NCBI GenBank assembly: GCA_963808825.1
Contig: CAWEGW010000011.1
Span: 172,836-236,835, forward strand
Source: Miltoncostaeaceae bacterium
GTDB taxonomy: Bacteria > Actinomycetota > Thermoleophilia > Miltoncostaeales > Miltoncostaeaceae
DNA length: 64,000 nt
Direction of reading: 5' to 3'
Shown piece by piece: positions 20,582 through 29,338 of the stretch (the first letter of the stretch is position 1; every line of letters starts with the position of its first letter). A program made the translations under genes and the position numbers. A model generated the notes under the pieces. The model saw only the letters and a program-made list of their open reading frames with translations, did no database searches and was not told where the DNA came from.

Positions 20582-21770
20582 CTACCCGCACACGGGCGGG
20601 GCGACTCCCTCCCCGGGGTCCCGCGAGCCGTCGTCGGCGGTTTCGGGCGCTCCGGGCGAGCGGCACCGCAGCGGCGCCGCCCAGAAACGCTGGCCCTCGC
20701 CCCGGACGGCCAGCCCCTCGACCTCGAGGAGGGCGAGGGCGGCCGCCACCGCCGCCGCCTCCTCCTCCAGCTCCTCGGCCAGCCGGTCGGCGCCCATCGG
20801 CTCGCGCTGGAGCAGCGCGTGGACCCTCCCGCCGAGGCCGTCGAGCGCCGCCGCGGCGGCCGGCGACGCCGCGCTCCAGCCGGCATCGGGCAGCTCGGCG
20901 ACCACATCCTCCGGCGCCCTCCAGCAGCGCGGCGCCCGCGCGCAGCAGCCCGTTGCAGCCCTCGGACGCGAGCGCGCCCGGCCACCCCGGAACCGCGAGC
21001 ACCGGGCGGCCCAGCTCCAGGGCGAAGTCGGCCGTGATCAGGGCCCCCGAGCGCCGGCCGGCCTCCACGACCGCCACGGCCTGGGCCAGCCCGGCGACGA
21101 TCCGGTTGCGCGCCGGGAAGCGCCACGGGGCCGGCGGCGTCCCCGGCCAGTACTCGGAGACCAGCGCGCCGCCCTCGGCGATCCGCCTCGCGAGGTGGCG
21201 GTTGCGGCGCGGGTAGGGCACGTCGATCCCGCAGCCCAGGACCGCGACGGTGATCCCGCCCGCCTCCAGCGCCCCCTCGTGCGCCGCCGCGTCGATGCCG
21301 TGCGCCATGCCGCTCACGATCACCGCGCCCCGCTCGCCGAGCCTCGCGCCGAGCTCGCGGGCCAGCGCCCGCCCGGGCGCCGTGGCGCGCCGGCTGCCGA
21401 CGATCGCGACCGCCGGGCCCGCCGCGAGGGCCGCCAGCGCCCGCTCGACGGCGCCGCGCGCGAAGAGCCCGAAGGGCGGGTCGTGGAGCTCCTCGAGGCG
21501 GCGCGGGCAGCGCGGGTCCGCGGCGGCGAGGTGGACGATGCCGCCCTCCTCCAGCCGCCGCCGCTCCGCGGCCGCGTCGAAGCGCCGCCGGGCGGCGACG
21601 GCGGCGTCGAGCTCCGCGCCGGCGACCCCGAGCGCGCGCCCGAGCGCGTCGCGATCGGCCCGCCACAGGGCAGGCCCGCCGCCGGCGCGCCGGGACGCGC
21701 GCTGCAGGTCGCGCCCGAGCGCTTGCGCGAGCCGGGCGAGGCCGAGCGGCCAGTCGGCGGAGGGGATCAC
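20582..21770 (-). pseudogene. dprA: DNA-processing protein DprA/Smf, one frame switch (~20905)
   Basis: VAIVGSRRATAPG...VIVSGMAHGIDAAAHEGAL...TVAVLGCGIDVPYPRRN...RNRIVAGLAQAVAVVEAGRRSGALITADFALELGRPVLAVPG. The C-terminal winged-helix part (LLQREPMGADRLAEEL...LLEVEGLAVRGEG) lies in the frame of ORF 20582-20905. Confidence 0.85.
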
Positions 21771-23302
21771 GCGGCTACCGCCTCCCCGTCGGCGAGCGGG
21801 AGGCGGTAGCCGAGCGCCTCGGCGAGATGGTGCTCACCCACCCGCTCGTCGCCGGCCAGGTCGGCGATCGTGCGGCCGACGCGCAGCAGGCGGTCGTGGG
21901 CCCGGGCCGACAGGCCGAGGCGGTCCACCGCCCTCCCGAGCAGGGCCCGGGCGCGGCCGTCGAGGCCCGCGGCCCGCCGGGCGGCGTCCGGCCCGAGCTG
22001 GGCGTTCGGCCCCTCCTGGCCGCGCGCCTGCGCGTGGCGCCGGGCCGTCGCCACGCGGTCGCGGACCGCCGCGCTCGCCTCGCCCGGCTCCGCGGCCAGG
22101 ACCTCGTCGCGCGCGAGCCGCGGCACCGCCACGTGCAGATCGATGCGATCGAGCACCGGCCCGGACAGCCGCGCACGGTAGGCCTCCGCCCGGCCCGGCG
22201 GGCAGACGCAGCGGCGGACGGGGTCGCCGTCGAAGCCGCACGGGCAGGGGTTCCCGGCGCAGACCAGCAGCGGCCGGGCCGGGAAGCGGGCGCTCACCAT
22301 CGCGCGGGCGACGTCGATGCGCCCCTCCTCGAGCGGCTGGCGCAGCGAGTCGAGCGCGGACGGCGCGAAGGCGCAGACCTCGTCCAGGAACAGCACCCCC
22401 CGGTGCGCGAGGCTGACCTCCCCGGGGCGCGGGAAGCGGCCGCCGCCGACCAGCCCCGCCGGCGAGATGGTGTGGTGGGGCGCGCGGAACGGGCGCCGGG
22501 TCACCAGCGGGCAGCCGGCGTCGAGCAGGCCGGCCACGGAGTGGACGCGGGTCACCTCGATCGCCTCGTCGAGCGAGAGCGGCGGCATGAGCCCCGGCAG
22601 CCGCCGGGCGAGCATGGTCTTCCCGCCGCCCGGCGGCCCGATCATCAGCATGGAGTGGCCGCCCGCGGCCGCCACCTCGAGCGCCCGCCGGGCGGCGGCC
22701 TGCCCGCGCACCTCGGCGAGGTCGGGGCCCGGCGCCCGCCCGCCCCCGGCCAGGAGCGCGGCCGCGTCGAGCCGCACGAGCGAGGGCTCGGTACGACCCT
22801 CCAGCAGGTCCACGGCGGCGCGCAGCGTCGGCGGCCCGAGGACCTCGACGCCCGGCACGAGGGCCGCCTCCGCGGCGTTGCCGCGGGGCACCACCAGGCG
22901 CCGCCACCCCAGGCGCGCGGCGTGCTCGGCCATGGCGAGCGCGCCGGGGACCGGCCGCAGGGAGCCGTCCAGGGCGAGCTCGCCCACCGCGCCCACGCCG
23001 GCCAGCGCCCCCGCGGCGAGCTGGCCCGAGGCGCAGAGGATCGCCAGGGCGAGGGGCAGGTCGTACTGGGGGCCCGCCTTGCGCAGGTCGGCCGGGGCCA
23101 GGTTGGCGACGATCCGCCGGGCGGGCACGGCGAAGGCCTGGTTGGCGAGGCCCGAGCGCACCCGCTCGCGGGCCTCCTGCACCGCCGCGTCGGGCAGCCC
23201 GACCACCGAGAAGGCGGGCAGCCCGGCGCGCAGGTCCACCTCCACCTCGACCGTGGAGGTCTCGAGGCCGAGGACGGCCGGGCTGACGAGCTGGGCGACC
23301 AC
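21767..23302 (-). CDS. comM: YifB/ComM-family Mg-chelatase-like ATPase
   Basis: Intact 511 aa: Lon-protease-like N-terminus, MLMIGPPGGGKTMLARRL (Walker A), GVLFLDEV (Walker B), HRLLRVGRTIADLAG. 4-nt overlap with dprA. Confidence 0.9.
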   Translation of the reverse strand: MVAQLVSPAVLGLETSTVEVEVDLRAGLPAFSVVGLPDAAVQEARERVRSGLANQAFAVPARRIVANLAPADLRKAGPQYDLPLALAILCASGQLAAGALAGVGAVGELALDGSLRPVPGALAMAEHAARLGWRRLVVPRGNAAEAALVPGVEVLGPPTLRAAVDLLEGRTEPSLVRLDAAALLAGGGRAPGPDLAEVRGQAAARRALEVAAAGGHSMLMIGPPGGGKTMLARRLPGLMPPLSLDEAIEVTRVHSVAGLLDAGCPLVTRRPFRAPHHTISPAGLVGGGRFPRPGEVSLAHRGVLFLDEVCAFAPSALDSLRQPLEEGRIDVARAMVSARFPARPLLVCAGNPCPCGFDGDPVRRCVCPPGRAEAYRARLSGPVLDRIDLHVAVPRLARDEVLAAEPGEASAAVRDRVATARRHAQARGQEGPNAQLGPDAARRAAGLDGRARALLGRAVDRLGLSARAHDRLLRVGRTIADLAGDERVGEHHLAEALGYRLPLADGEAVAA

Positions 23303-23428
23303 GGGCGAAGGGTCCCAGCGGAGGGGGGACGGATCCGCGCGCGAGGGTGCCGGAAGCGCGCCGGGGGCGGCACGGCGCGCGGCACGCCCGAGGGCCTAAC
23401 CTACGGGTGGCCGCAGGAGGAGGAGCCC

Positions 23429-23752
23429 GTGCACTTCGATCACGTCGCCCAGCAGGTGCCCGACATCGCCGAGGCCGTCGACTGGCAGCGCCGCACGGTG
23501 CCCGGCACGACCGTCCTGCACCAGGACGCGACGTGGGCGCTGGTCGAGTCCGGCGGGGCGCGCTTCGCGTTCGTGCTGCCCGATCAGCACCCCAGCCACG
23601 TCGCCTTCCGGGTGGACGACGACGAGCTCGAGCGCCTGGCGGCCGAGCACGGGGCCGAGATCGCGACCCATCGCGACGCCACCCGCAGCATCTACCTCGC
23701 GGGCCCGGGGTCGCTCCAGACCGAGATCATCTCCTACCCGCCCGGCGCGTGA
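23429..23752 (+). CDS. VOC/glyoxalase-family small protein
   Basis: SD GGAGGAGG then GTG at 23429. VHFDHVAQQVPDIAEAVDW...FAFVLPDQHPSHVAFRVDD...HRDATRSIYLAGPGSLQTEII. Confidence 0.65.
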   Translation: MHFDHVAQQVPDIAEAVDWQRRTVPGTTVLHQDATWALVESGGARFAFVLPDQHPSHVAFRVDDDELERLAAEHGAEIATHRDATRSIYLAGPGSLQTEIISYPPGA

Positions 23753-24804
23753 GCGCGACCTACGAGCGCATCGCCGGCCTGCCCCTGCGCATCGAGGGCT
23801 ACGGGCTCGAGATCCTCACGCTCCAGCTCGCGCCGGAGTTCGCCCGCCTGACGACCGTCGTCACCCTGCACGGGGCCGGCGAGACGGGCATCGGCGAGGA
23901 CGTGGTCTACGACCCGGTTGACCACGAGGCCCAGGCCGAGGCCGGCGCCACGCTGCCGATCGCCGGCGACTGGACGATCGACGGCCTCGCCCGCCACCTC
24001 GACGGGCTCGACCTCTTCCCCAAGGAGCCGGTTCGGCCCTTCTCGCGCAACTACCGCCGCTGGGCCTTCGAGAGCGCGGCCCTCGACCTCGCCCTGCGCC
24101 AGGCCGGCGCGTCGCTCGCCGAGGCCCTCGGCCGGGAGGCTCACCCGGTCACCTTCGTGGTGTCGACCCGCCTCGACGGCGCCGATGGGGCCGGGCGGGT
24201 GCGGCGCCTGCTCGAGGGCCAGCCGGGCCTGCGCTTCAAGCTCGACCCCACCGACGAGTGGACGCCGGGGCTGATCGAGGAGCTGGCGGCGACGGGCGCG
24301 GTCGACACGCTCGACATGAAGGGCGCCTACGACGACGTCCCCTTCGGCGTCCCCACCGACCCGCGCACGTACGCGCTGATCGTCGAGGGGTTCCCCGGCG
24401 CCTGGATCGAGGACCCCAAGCTGACGCCGGAGCTGCGCGCGGCGCTGAACGGAGCCGAGGACCGCGTCACCTGGGACGCGCCCATCCACTCGGTCGCCGA
24501 CGTCCGCGCGCTCGCGTGGGCCCCGCGCATGATCAACGTCAAGCCGTCGCGCGTCGGGCCGCTGCGCGAGCTGATGGGCCTCTACGACTTCCTCGGGGAC
24601 AACGGCATCGGCGCCTACGGAGGGGGCCAGACCGAGCTCGGCCCGGGGCGCGGGCAGATCCAGTACCTGGCCTCGCTCTTCCACCCCGACGGGCCCAACG
24701 ACACGGCCCCGGGCGGCTACAACCACCCCGAGCTGCCGCCGGGGCTGCCCGGGCCCCCGCTGCCGGTCGCCGCGGCCCCGACGGGCTTCCGCTGGGGGGA
24801 GTGA
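23749..24804 (+). CDS. enolase-superfamily-like (MR/MLE C-terminal barrel-like) protein
   Basis: GTGA overlap with the VOC gene. LRFKLDPTDEW, VDTLDMKGAYDD, GAWIEDPKL, MINVKPSRVGPL resemble the metal-ligand/strand pattern of enolase-superfamily barrels. Specific function unknown. Confidence 0.5.
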   Translation: MSATYERIAGLPLRIEGYGLEILTLQLAPEFARLTTVVTLHGAGETGIGEDVVYDPVDHEAQAEAGATLPIAGDWTIDGLARHLDGLDLFPKEPVRPFSRNYRRWAFESAALDLALRQAGASLAEALGREAHPVTFVVSTRLDGADGAGRVRRLLEGQPGLRFKLDPTDEWTPGLIEELAATGAVDTLDMKGAYDDVPFGVPTDPRTYALIVEGFPGAWIEDPKLTPELRAALNGAEDRVTWDAPIHSVADVRALAWAPRMINVKPSRVGPLRELMGLYDFLGDNGIGAYGGGQTELGPGRGQIQYLASLFHPDGPNDTAPGGYNHPELPPGLPGPPLPVAAAPTGFRWGE

Positions 24805-24885
24805 CGGCGGGCGTCACACCCCCGGCCGCCCTCTGACACGCCCAGGGGGTGGAGCCGTCACGGCCCGCGGCGCCACCATCGGGCC

Positions 24886-25245
24886 ATGGGAGATCGTACG
24901 GACGAGGGGCGCCGCGGCGAGCGGGCCGCGGCGCGCCACCTCAGGCGGCGGGGATGGACGATCCTGGCCTCGCGCTGGCGCGGCGCGGGCGGCGAGCTCG
25001 ACCTGGTGGCCGCGCGGGGCGGCGTGGTTGCCATCTGCGAGGTGAAGGCCCGCGGCGATCCCGCGGTGCTCGGTGAGCCGGTCACGGCGGCCCAGCGGGC
25101 CCGGATCGGCCGCGCGGCCGAGGCCTACCTGGCGGCCCGCCCGGAGCTCGCCGGGCGCGCGGTGCGCCTCGACCTGATCGCGGTGCGCCTGACCGGCGCC
25201 CGGGCGCGGGTGGTCCACCGCCCCGGCGCGATCGGGGCGCCGTGA
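24886..25245 (+). CDS. yraN: YraN-family (UPF0102) endonuclease-like protein
   Basis: GERAAARHLRRRGWTILASRWRGAGGELDLVAARGGVVAICEVKAR...RLDLIAV. On the opposite strand to comM, dprA and rnhB. Confidence 0.8.
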   Translation: MGDRTDEGRRGERAAARHLRRRGWTILASRWRGAGGELDLVAARGGVVAICEVKARGDPAVLGEPVTAAQRARIGRAAEAYLAARPELAGRAVRLDLIAVRLTGARARVVHRPGAIGAP

Positions 25246-25264
25246 CGGGGCCCGTGCGCCGTGG

Positions 25265-26014
25265 TCATTCGGGATCCGCGAGGCGGAAGACGCCGGAGGG
25301 GAGCTCCACGACGGTGTAGCCCTCGGACCGGAGACGCCTGGCCGCGTCCTCCGGCCCGCGTCCGTTGGCCCGGAAGCCGGGGCTGATCGTCCAGTCCGCT
25401 CGCAACACCAGGTGCGCCTTGGTGAACGTGTCCGGCGCGTCGCGCATCGCGTTCCCCACCGCCTGTGCGCTGGTCCCGACGGCGTGCGCCACGCGGCCGT
25501 AGGTGGTCGGTCTGGTGACGTTCCGCTCGACGAAGTCAACGATCTCGGCGTGCGTGGCCATGGTGATCTCCTTCCGGCCGGGGGATGGCGGGGCCGGTTG
25601 CGCCGGCGAGGCGGCGACCCGGGAGCGGACCTCCCCCAGCGCCATGAGGAGAACCGCCTCGGCATCTGCGGGGGGCCGCCCTCCGATGGCATCGAGCACC
25701 CCGCGGGCAAGCTCGCCCAGCGACTCGGCCTGAGTTCGGCTCGAGCCGCCCTCCGCGCGTGCGAACAGCTCGGGCGTGCTCATGTCGAGGGCGGTGGCGA
25801 TCGCGTGAAGGGCCGATGGACTGCCCTGCTTCCTCCCGGTCTCCAGCTCGGCGACGTACGGATAGGAGAGCGATGCCCGACGGGCCAACTCCGGCCGGCT
25901 GAGGCCGAGCTCGGCACGTCGCTCCTGGATGGCCACGCCCAGGCTCCTCGCCCGGGACCGAACGAGCTCTGGATCGTGGAACCACGGACTCCGCTTGGCC
26001 ATTTGCTCGGCCAA
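25265..26014 (-). CDS. XRE-family HTH joined to an alkyltransferase-like (MGMT C-terminal fold, no active-site Cys) domain
   Basis: HTH: LGLSRPELARRASLSYPYVAELETGRKQGSPSALHAIATAL. Pro/Ala linker. Residues 152-249: TTYGRVAHAVGTSAQAVGNAMRD...AHLVLRADWTISPGF...RRLRSEGYTV. An internal SD (GGAAGGAG) plus ATG sits at 25561. Confidence 0.65.
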   Translation of the reverse strand: MAEQMAKRSPWFHDPELVRSRARSLGVAIQERRAELGLSRPELARRASLSYPYVAELETGRKQGSPSALHAIATALDMSTPELFARAEGGSSRTQAESLGELARGVLDAIGGRPPADAEAVLLMALGEVRSRVAASPAQPAPPSPGRKEITMATHAEIVDFVERNVTRPTTYGRVAHAVGTSAQAVGNAMRDAPDTFTKAHLVLRADWTISPGFRANGRGPEDAARRLRSEGYTVVELPSGVFRLADPE

Positions 26015-26090
26015 ATTAGCAGATGCGCTATGCTCTCAGCAGAGAAGGCTCCCCCTGGGAGTCCATGACGATCGACCGAACGGGGGGCGC

Positions 26091-26978
26091 ATGAGCCAGG
26101 CAGTCGGCGAAGACCAGGAGCGGCGGCGGCGCTCCTACGAGATGGGTGCGCGGTGGACGAAGGAGCGGATGAGTCGCGAGCGTCCAGCGGATGCGGCGGC
26201 GCTCGCCGCGATCACCGACAGCGACATCGTCGTGATCAGGGGCGCATACGACCGGGTCGAGCAGGTGCTCGGCGCGCTCGAGCTCCCGTACGTCGTCATC
26301 GATCCCACTGATCTGCCGCGCCTGGAGCTCAGGCCCGATCAGCTCCTCGTGGTCAACTGCCCCGGGGAGCTGCCCGAGCGCGCGCTGCCGCTCGTTGAGG
26401 GCTTCGTGCGCAGGGGCGGGAGCCTCCTCACCACCGACTGGGCCCTCCGTCACGTCATCGAGCCGGCGTTCCCCGGTCTGCTGGCCTACAACGAGCGTCC
26501 GACCCGCGACGACGTCGTCCGCATCGAGCTGCTCACCTTCGAGAACCCGCTCCTCGCGGGCGTGATCGAGCCGGGCGACGATCCGCAGTGGTGGCTCGAG
26601 GGGTCGAGCTATCCGATCCGCGTGGTCGACCCGGACAGGGTCGAGGTCCTGATCACCTCTTCGGAGATGGCGGCCCGCTACGGCGAGGCGGCGATCTGCG
26701 TGCGCTTCGACTGGGGCGAGGGCGAGGTTCTGCACATGGTCTCGCACTACTACCTCCAGCGCACCGAGCTTCGAAGCGCCCGTCACCAGCAGGACTCGGC
26801 GGCATGGGCGGCCGAGAAGGGCGTCAGCGCGCCCTCGGCGGCGTCTCAGGATCTCAGCCTGGGAGAAGTTGAGGCCGCGTACTCCTCGACCCGATTTCTG
26901 GCCAATCTCGTCGCCTCGAAGAAGCGCCGGGGCACCGGCTCGGTCGACGCGGCGGATGATGAGCGGGGCTCGGCCTGA
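26091..26978 (+). CDS. uncharacterised 295-aa protein (possible flavodoxin/class-I-glutamine-amidotransferase-like fold)
   Basis: ATG at 26091 inside ORF 25929-26978. Charged N-terminus, then a beta-alpha pattern DIVVIRGAYDRVEQVLGALELPYVVIDP...LLVVNCPGEL...FVRRGGSLLTTDWAL...WWLEGSSYPIRVVD...VLHMVSHYY. The fold suggestion is my impression only. Confidence 0.55.
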   Translation: MSQAVGEDQERRRRSYEMGARWTKERMSRERPADAAALAAITDSDIVVIRGAYDRVEQVLGALELPYVVIDPTDLPRLELRPDQLLVVNCPGELPERALPLVEGFVRRGGSLLTTDWALRHVIEPAFPGLLAYNERPTRDDVVRIELLTFENPLLAGVIEPGDDPQWWLEGSSYPIRVVDPDRVEVLITSSEMAARYGEAAICVRFDWGEGEVLHMVSHYYLQRTELRSARHQQDSAAWAAEKGVSAPSAASQDLSLGEVEAAYSSTRFLANLVASKKRRGTGSVDAADDERGSA

Positions 26979-26996
26979 AAGCCCCGCGGGGCCGCC

Positions 26997-27668
26997 TCAG
27001 GGCAGGGCGTAGCCCGGGTAGGCGATCGACTGGAAGGAGCGCCGGTGCACCGGCGACAGGCCCTCCGCCCGCAGGGCGGCGTGGTGCTCCGGGGTCGCGT
27101 AGCCGACGTGCTGGTCGAAGCCGAAGACCGGGTAGGCGTCGGCCACCGGGCCGGCCATGAGCCGGTCGCGGGTGGTCTTGGCGATCACCGAGGCGGCCGC
27201 GATGGACGCGCTGCGGTGGTCGCCCCCGATCACGGCGCGGTGGTCTGGCGCGCGGGGGCCCAGGCGGAAGCCGTCGACGAGGCAGATCGAGGGGCACGGC
27301 TCGATCGCGGCCAGGGCGCGCGCCAGGAGGCGGAGGTTGGTGCGGTGCAGGCCGTCGCGGTCGATCGTCGTCGGGCTGGCGACCAGCACGACGACCTGGT
27401 CGGCCTGGCGCAGAATCGCCTCGGCGACGCGCTCGCGGACGTCGGGGGCGAGGCGCTTGGAGTCGTCGAGGTCGCTGAGGGAGCGGCGGCCGCGGGGGCT
27501 CAGCCGCTCGAGGTCGAGGCACACGGCCGAGACGACCAGCGGGCCGGCCAGGCAGCCGCGTCCCGCCTCGTCCGCGCCCGCCACCCGGCGCACACCGAAC
27601 GCGCGGTCATGGGCGAACAGGCGCGCCGCGGGCCGGCGCCCGTTGCCGTTGCGCCTCGACGTCGCCAC
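26997..27668 (-). CDS. rnhB: ribonuclease HII
   Basis: VAGADEAGRGCLAGPLVVSAVCL...DDSKRL...VDG...IGGDHRSASIAAASVIAK. Confidence 0.9.
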   Translation of the reverse strand: MATSRRNGNGRRPAARLFAHDRAFGVRRVAGADEAGRGCLAGPLVVSAVCLDLERLSPRGRRSLSDLDDSKRLAPDVRERVAEAILRQADQVVVLVASPTTIDRDGLHRTNLRLLARALAAIEPCPSICLVDGFRLGPRAPDHRAVIGGDHRSASIAAASVIAKTTRDRLMAGPVADAYPVFGFDQHVGYATPEHHAALRAEGLSPVHRRSFQSIAYPGYALP

Positions 27669-27683
27669 GGGCCGCGGAGGGCC

Positions 27684-28031
27684 CTAGGAGCGCTGCTTCT
27701 CGCGGATCCGGGCCTTCTTGCCGACCTTCCCGCGCAGGTAATAGAGCTTGGCCCGGTTGACGTCGCCCTCCATCACGCGCTCGATCCGCTCGATCTTGGG
27801 CGAGTGGAGCGGGAAGGTGCGCTCGACGCCGACGCCGAAGCTCTGCTTGCGGACGGTGAAGGTCTCGCGGTTGGTCGAGCCCTGCCGCCGGATGACCGTG
27901 CCCTCGAAGACCTGCACCCGCTGGCGCGAGCCCTCGATCACGCGGAAGTGGACCCGCACCGTGTCCCCGGCCTTGAAGTCCGGGACGTCGTCGCGAAGCT
28001 GCTCGCGCTCCAGGCTCTCGATGACGCTCAT
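27684..28031 (-). CDS. rplS: 50S ribosomal protein L19
   Basis: [51 protein letters not shown]...[15 protein letters not shown]-like. ATG at 28031, frame-checked. Confidence 0.92.
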   Translation of the reverse strand: MSVIESLEREQLRDDVPDFKAGDTVRVHFRVIEGSRQRVQVFEGTVIRRQGSTNRETFTVRKQSFGVGVERTFPLHSPKIERIERVMEGDVNRAKLYYLRGKVGKKARIREKQRS

Positions 28032-28132
28032 GGCACGTGCTCCTCGCTCGACCAGCCGGGTCGGGATCCGGCAAAACGACGGCGAGTGTAGCAAGGCCCG
28101 CGGCCGTCCCCGACCGTCCGGCGGCGCCTCGC

Positions 28133-28807
28133 TCAGCCGGGCGGCGCCCCGATCCGCTCGGCGCGCCAGCGCGCGATCGCGCCGTGGTCGCCGGACAGCA
28201 GCACGTCGGGCACGCGGCTGCCGCGGAACTCCGCAGGGCGGGTGTAGTGGGGGTGCTCGAGGCCGCCGCCGAGGGCCTCGGAGAACGACTCGCCCTCGAG
28301 GCTCTCGGCGTTGCCGAGGGCGCCCGGGATCCGCCGGCCGACGGCGTCGATCACGGCCATCGCGGCGACCTCGCCGCCCGCCAGGACGAAGGGCCCGAGG
28401 CTGATGGCGTCGCCGGCGAGGTCCCCGTGCACCCGCTCGTCGAAGCCCTCGTAGCGCCCGCACAGCAGCACGAGGTCGTCCTGCGCGGCCAGCTCGCGGG
28501 CGACGGCGTCGGTCAGGGGCCGGCCGCGGGGGGTCAGCACGACCACCCGCCGCTCGTCGCGCACGCGCTCCGCCGGCACGCCGTAGACGGCCTCGAGCGC
28601 CGCCGCCATGACGTCGACCCGCAGCACCATGCCCGGGCCCCCGCCGTAGGGGGCGTCGTCGACCTGGCCGTGGGGCAGCGGCGTCGTGTCGCGCGGGTTG
28701 AAGGCCCGCAGCTCCAGCCCGGCCGACAGCGCGGCGTTCGCCAGGTGGCGCGGGCGCCGCATCCAGTCGAACCACTCGGGGAAGAGCGTGAAGACGTCGA
28801 TCCGCAC
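28133..28807 (-). CDS. trmD: tRNA (guanine37-N1)-methyltransferase
   Basis: [13 protein letters not shown]...[13 protein letters not shown]...[13 protein letters not shown]...[22 protein letters not shown]. Confidence 0.92.
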   Translation of the reverse strand: MRIDVFTLFPEWFDWMRRPRHLANAALSAGLELRAFNPRDTTPLPHGQVDDAPYGGGPGMVLRVDVMAAALEAVYGVPAERVRDERRVVVLTPRGRPLTDAVARELAAQDDLVLLCGRYEGFDERVHGDLAGDAISLGPFVLAGGEVAAMAVIDAVGRRIPGALGNAESLEGESFSEALGGGLEHPHYTRPAEFRGSRVPDVLLSGDHGAIARWRAERIGAPPG

Positions 28808-28809
28808 GG

Positions 28810-29319
28810 TCAGTCCCGGAAGAGGTCGCCGCGGACGGCGATGCGCCGGGCCGCCGGCTCGACCGCGAGGACGGCGTCGCCGGTGAAGGGGACCAGGAGC
28901 ACGCCCTCGCCGTGGGTCACCTCGAGGACGTCGTTGGCGGGCGCCTCGTGGACCGCCGTCACCCGCCCCGCGGGCCGCCCGCCCACGACCACCTCGCAGC
29001 CGACCAGGTCGCGGACGAAGAAGGTGTCGGCGTCCGGGAGCGGGGCGACCCGCTCGCGCGCGACCCGCAGCTCGGCGCCGGTCAGCGACGCGGCCTCCTC
29101 GCGGGTCGCGACGCCCTCGAAGGTGAGGATCGGGCGCTCGGGCGTCCCGGCCCGGGCCGCGAGGACGAGCCGGCGGAGCGGGGCGTCCCCCGCGTGGGCC
29201 GCGACGTCGTCGCCGGGGGCGAGGGTCGCGAGGGTCGCGCCGGTCGGCGTCGCGCGCACCGCGCCGCGCGTCCCGTGGGGGCGGCCGATCACGCCGATCA
29301 CGACCGAGCCCTCCTCCAT
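28810..29319 (-). CDS. rimM: 16S rRNA processing protein RimM
   Basis: [16 protein letters not shown]...[12 protein letters not shown]...NDVLEV, in the conserved position between trmD and rpsP. Confidence 0.85.
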   Translation of the reverse strand: MEEGSVVIGVIGRPHGTRGAVRATPTGATLATLAPGDDVAAHAGDAPLRRLVLAARAGTPERPILTFEGVATREEAASLTGAELRVARERVAPLPDADTFFVRDLVGCEVVVGGRPAGRVTAVHEAPANDVLEVTHGEGVLLVPFTGDAVLAVEPAARRIAVRGDLFRD

Positions 29320-29338
29320 GGCGCCCGGCGCCGCCCCG

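Noticed and set aside
1-21000. Interpreting the block of interrupted genes as genuine pseudogenes or programmed frameshifting
   Set aside because: The interruptions hit unrelated housekeeping genes. They are often paired so that the frame is restored, leave all downstream domains intact, and vanish abruptly after ~21 kb. This pattern fits consensus errors, not selection-free decay or recoding signals (no slippery heptamers were noticed at the sites examined).
23330-25300. Similar ~30-nt strings ggatccgcg..gagg..ggaag..gccgg at ~23331 and ~25272 as possible direct repeats flanking the VOC/enolase/yraN block
   Set aside because: The match needs several gaps, is GC-rich, and ggatccgcg also occurs at 61955. 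This cannot be distinguished from chance without statistics.
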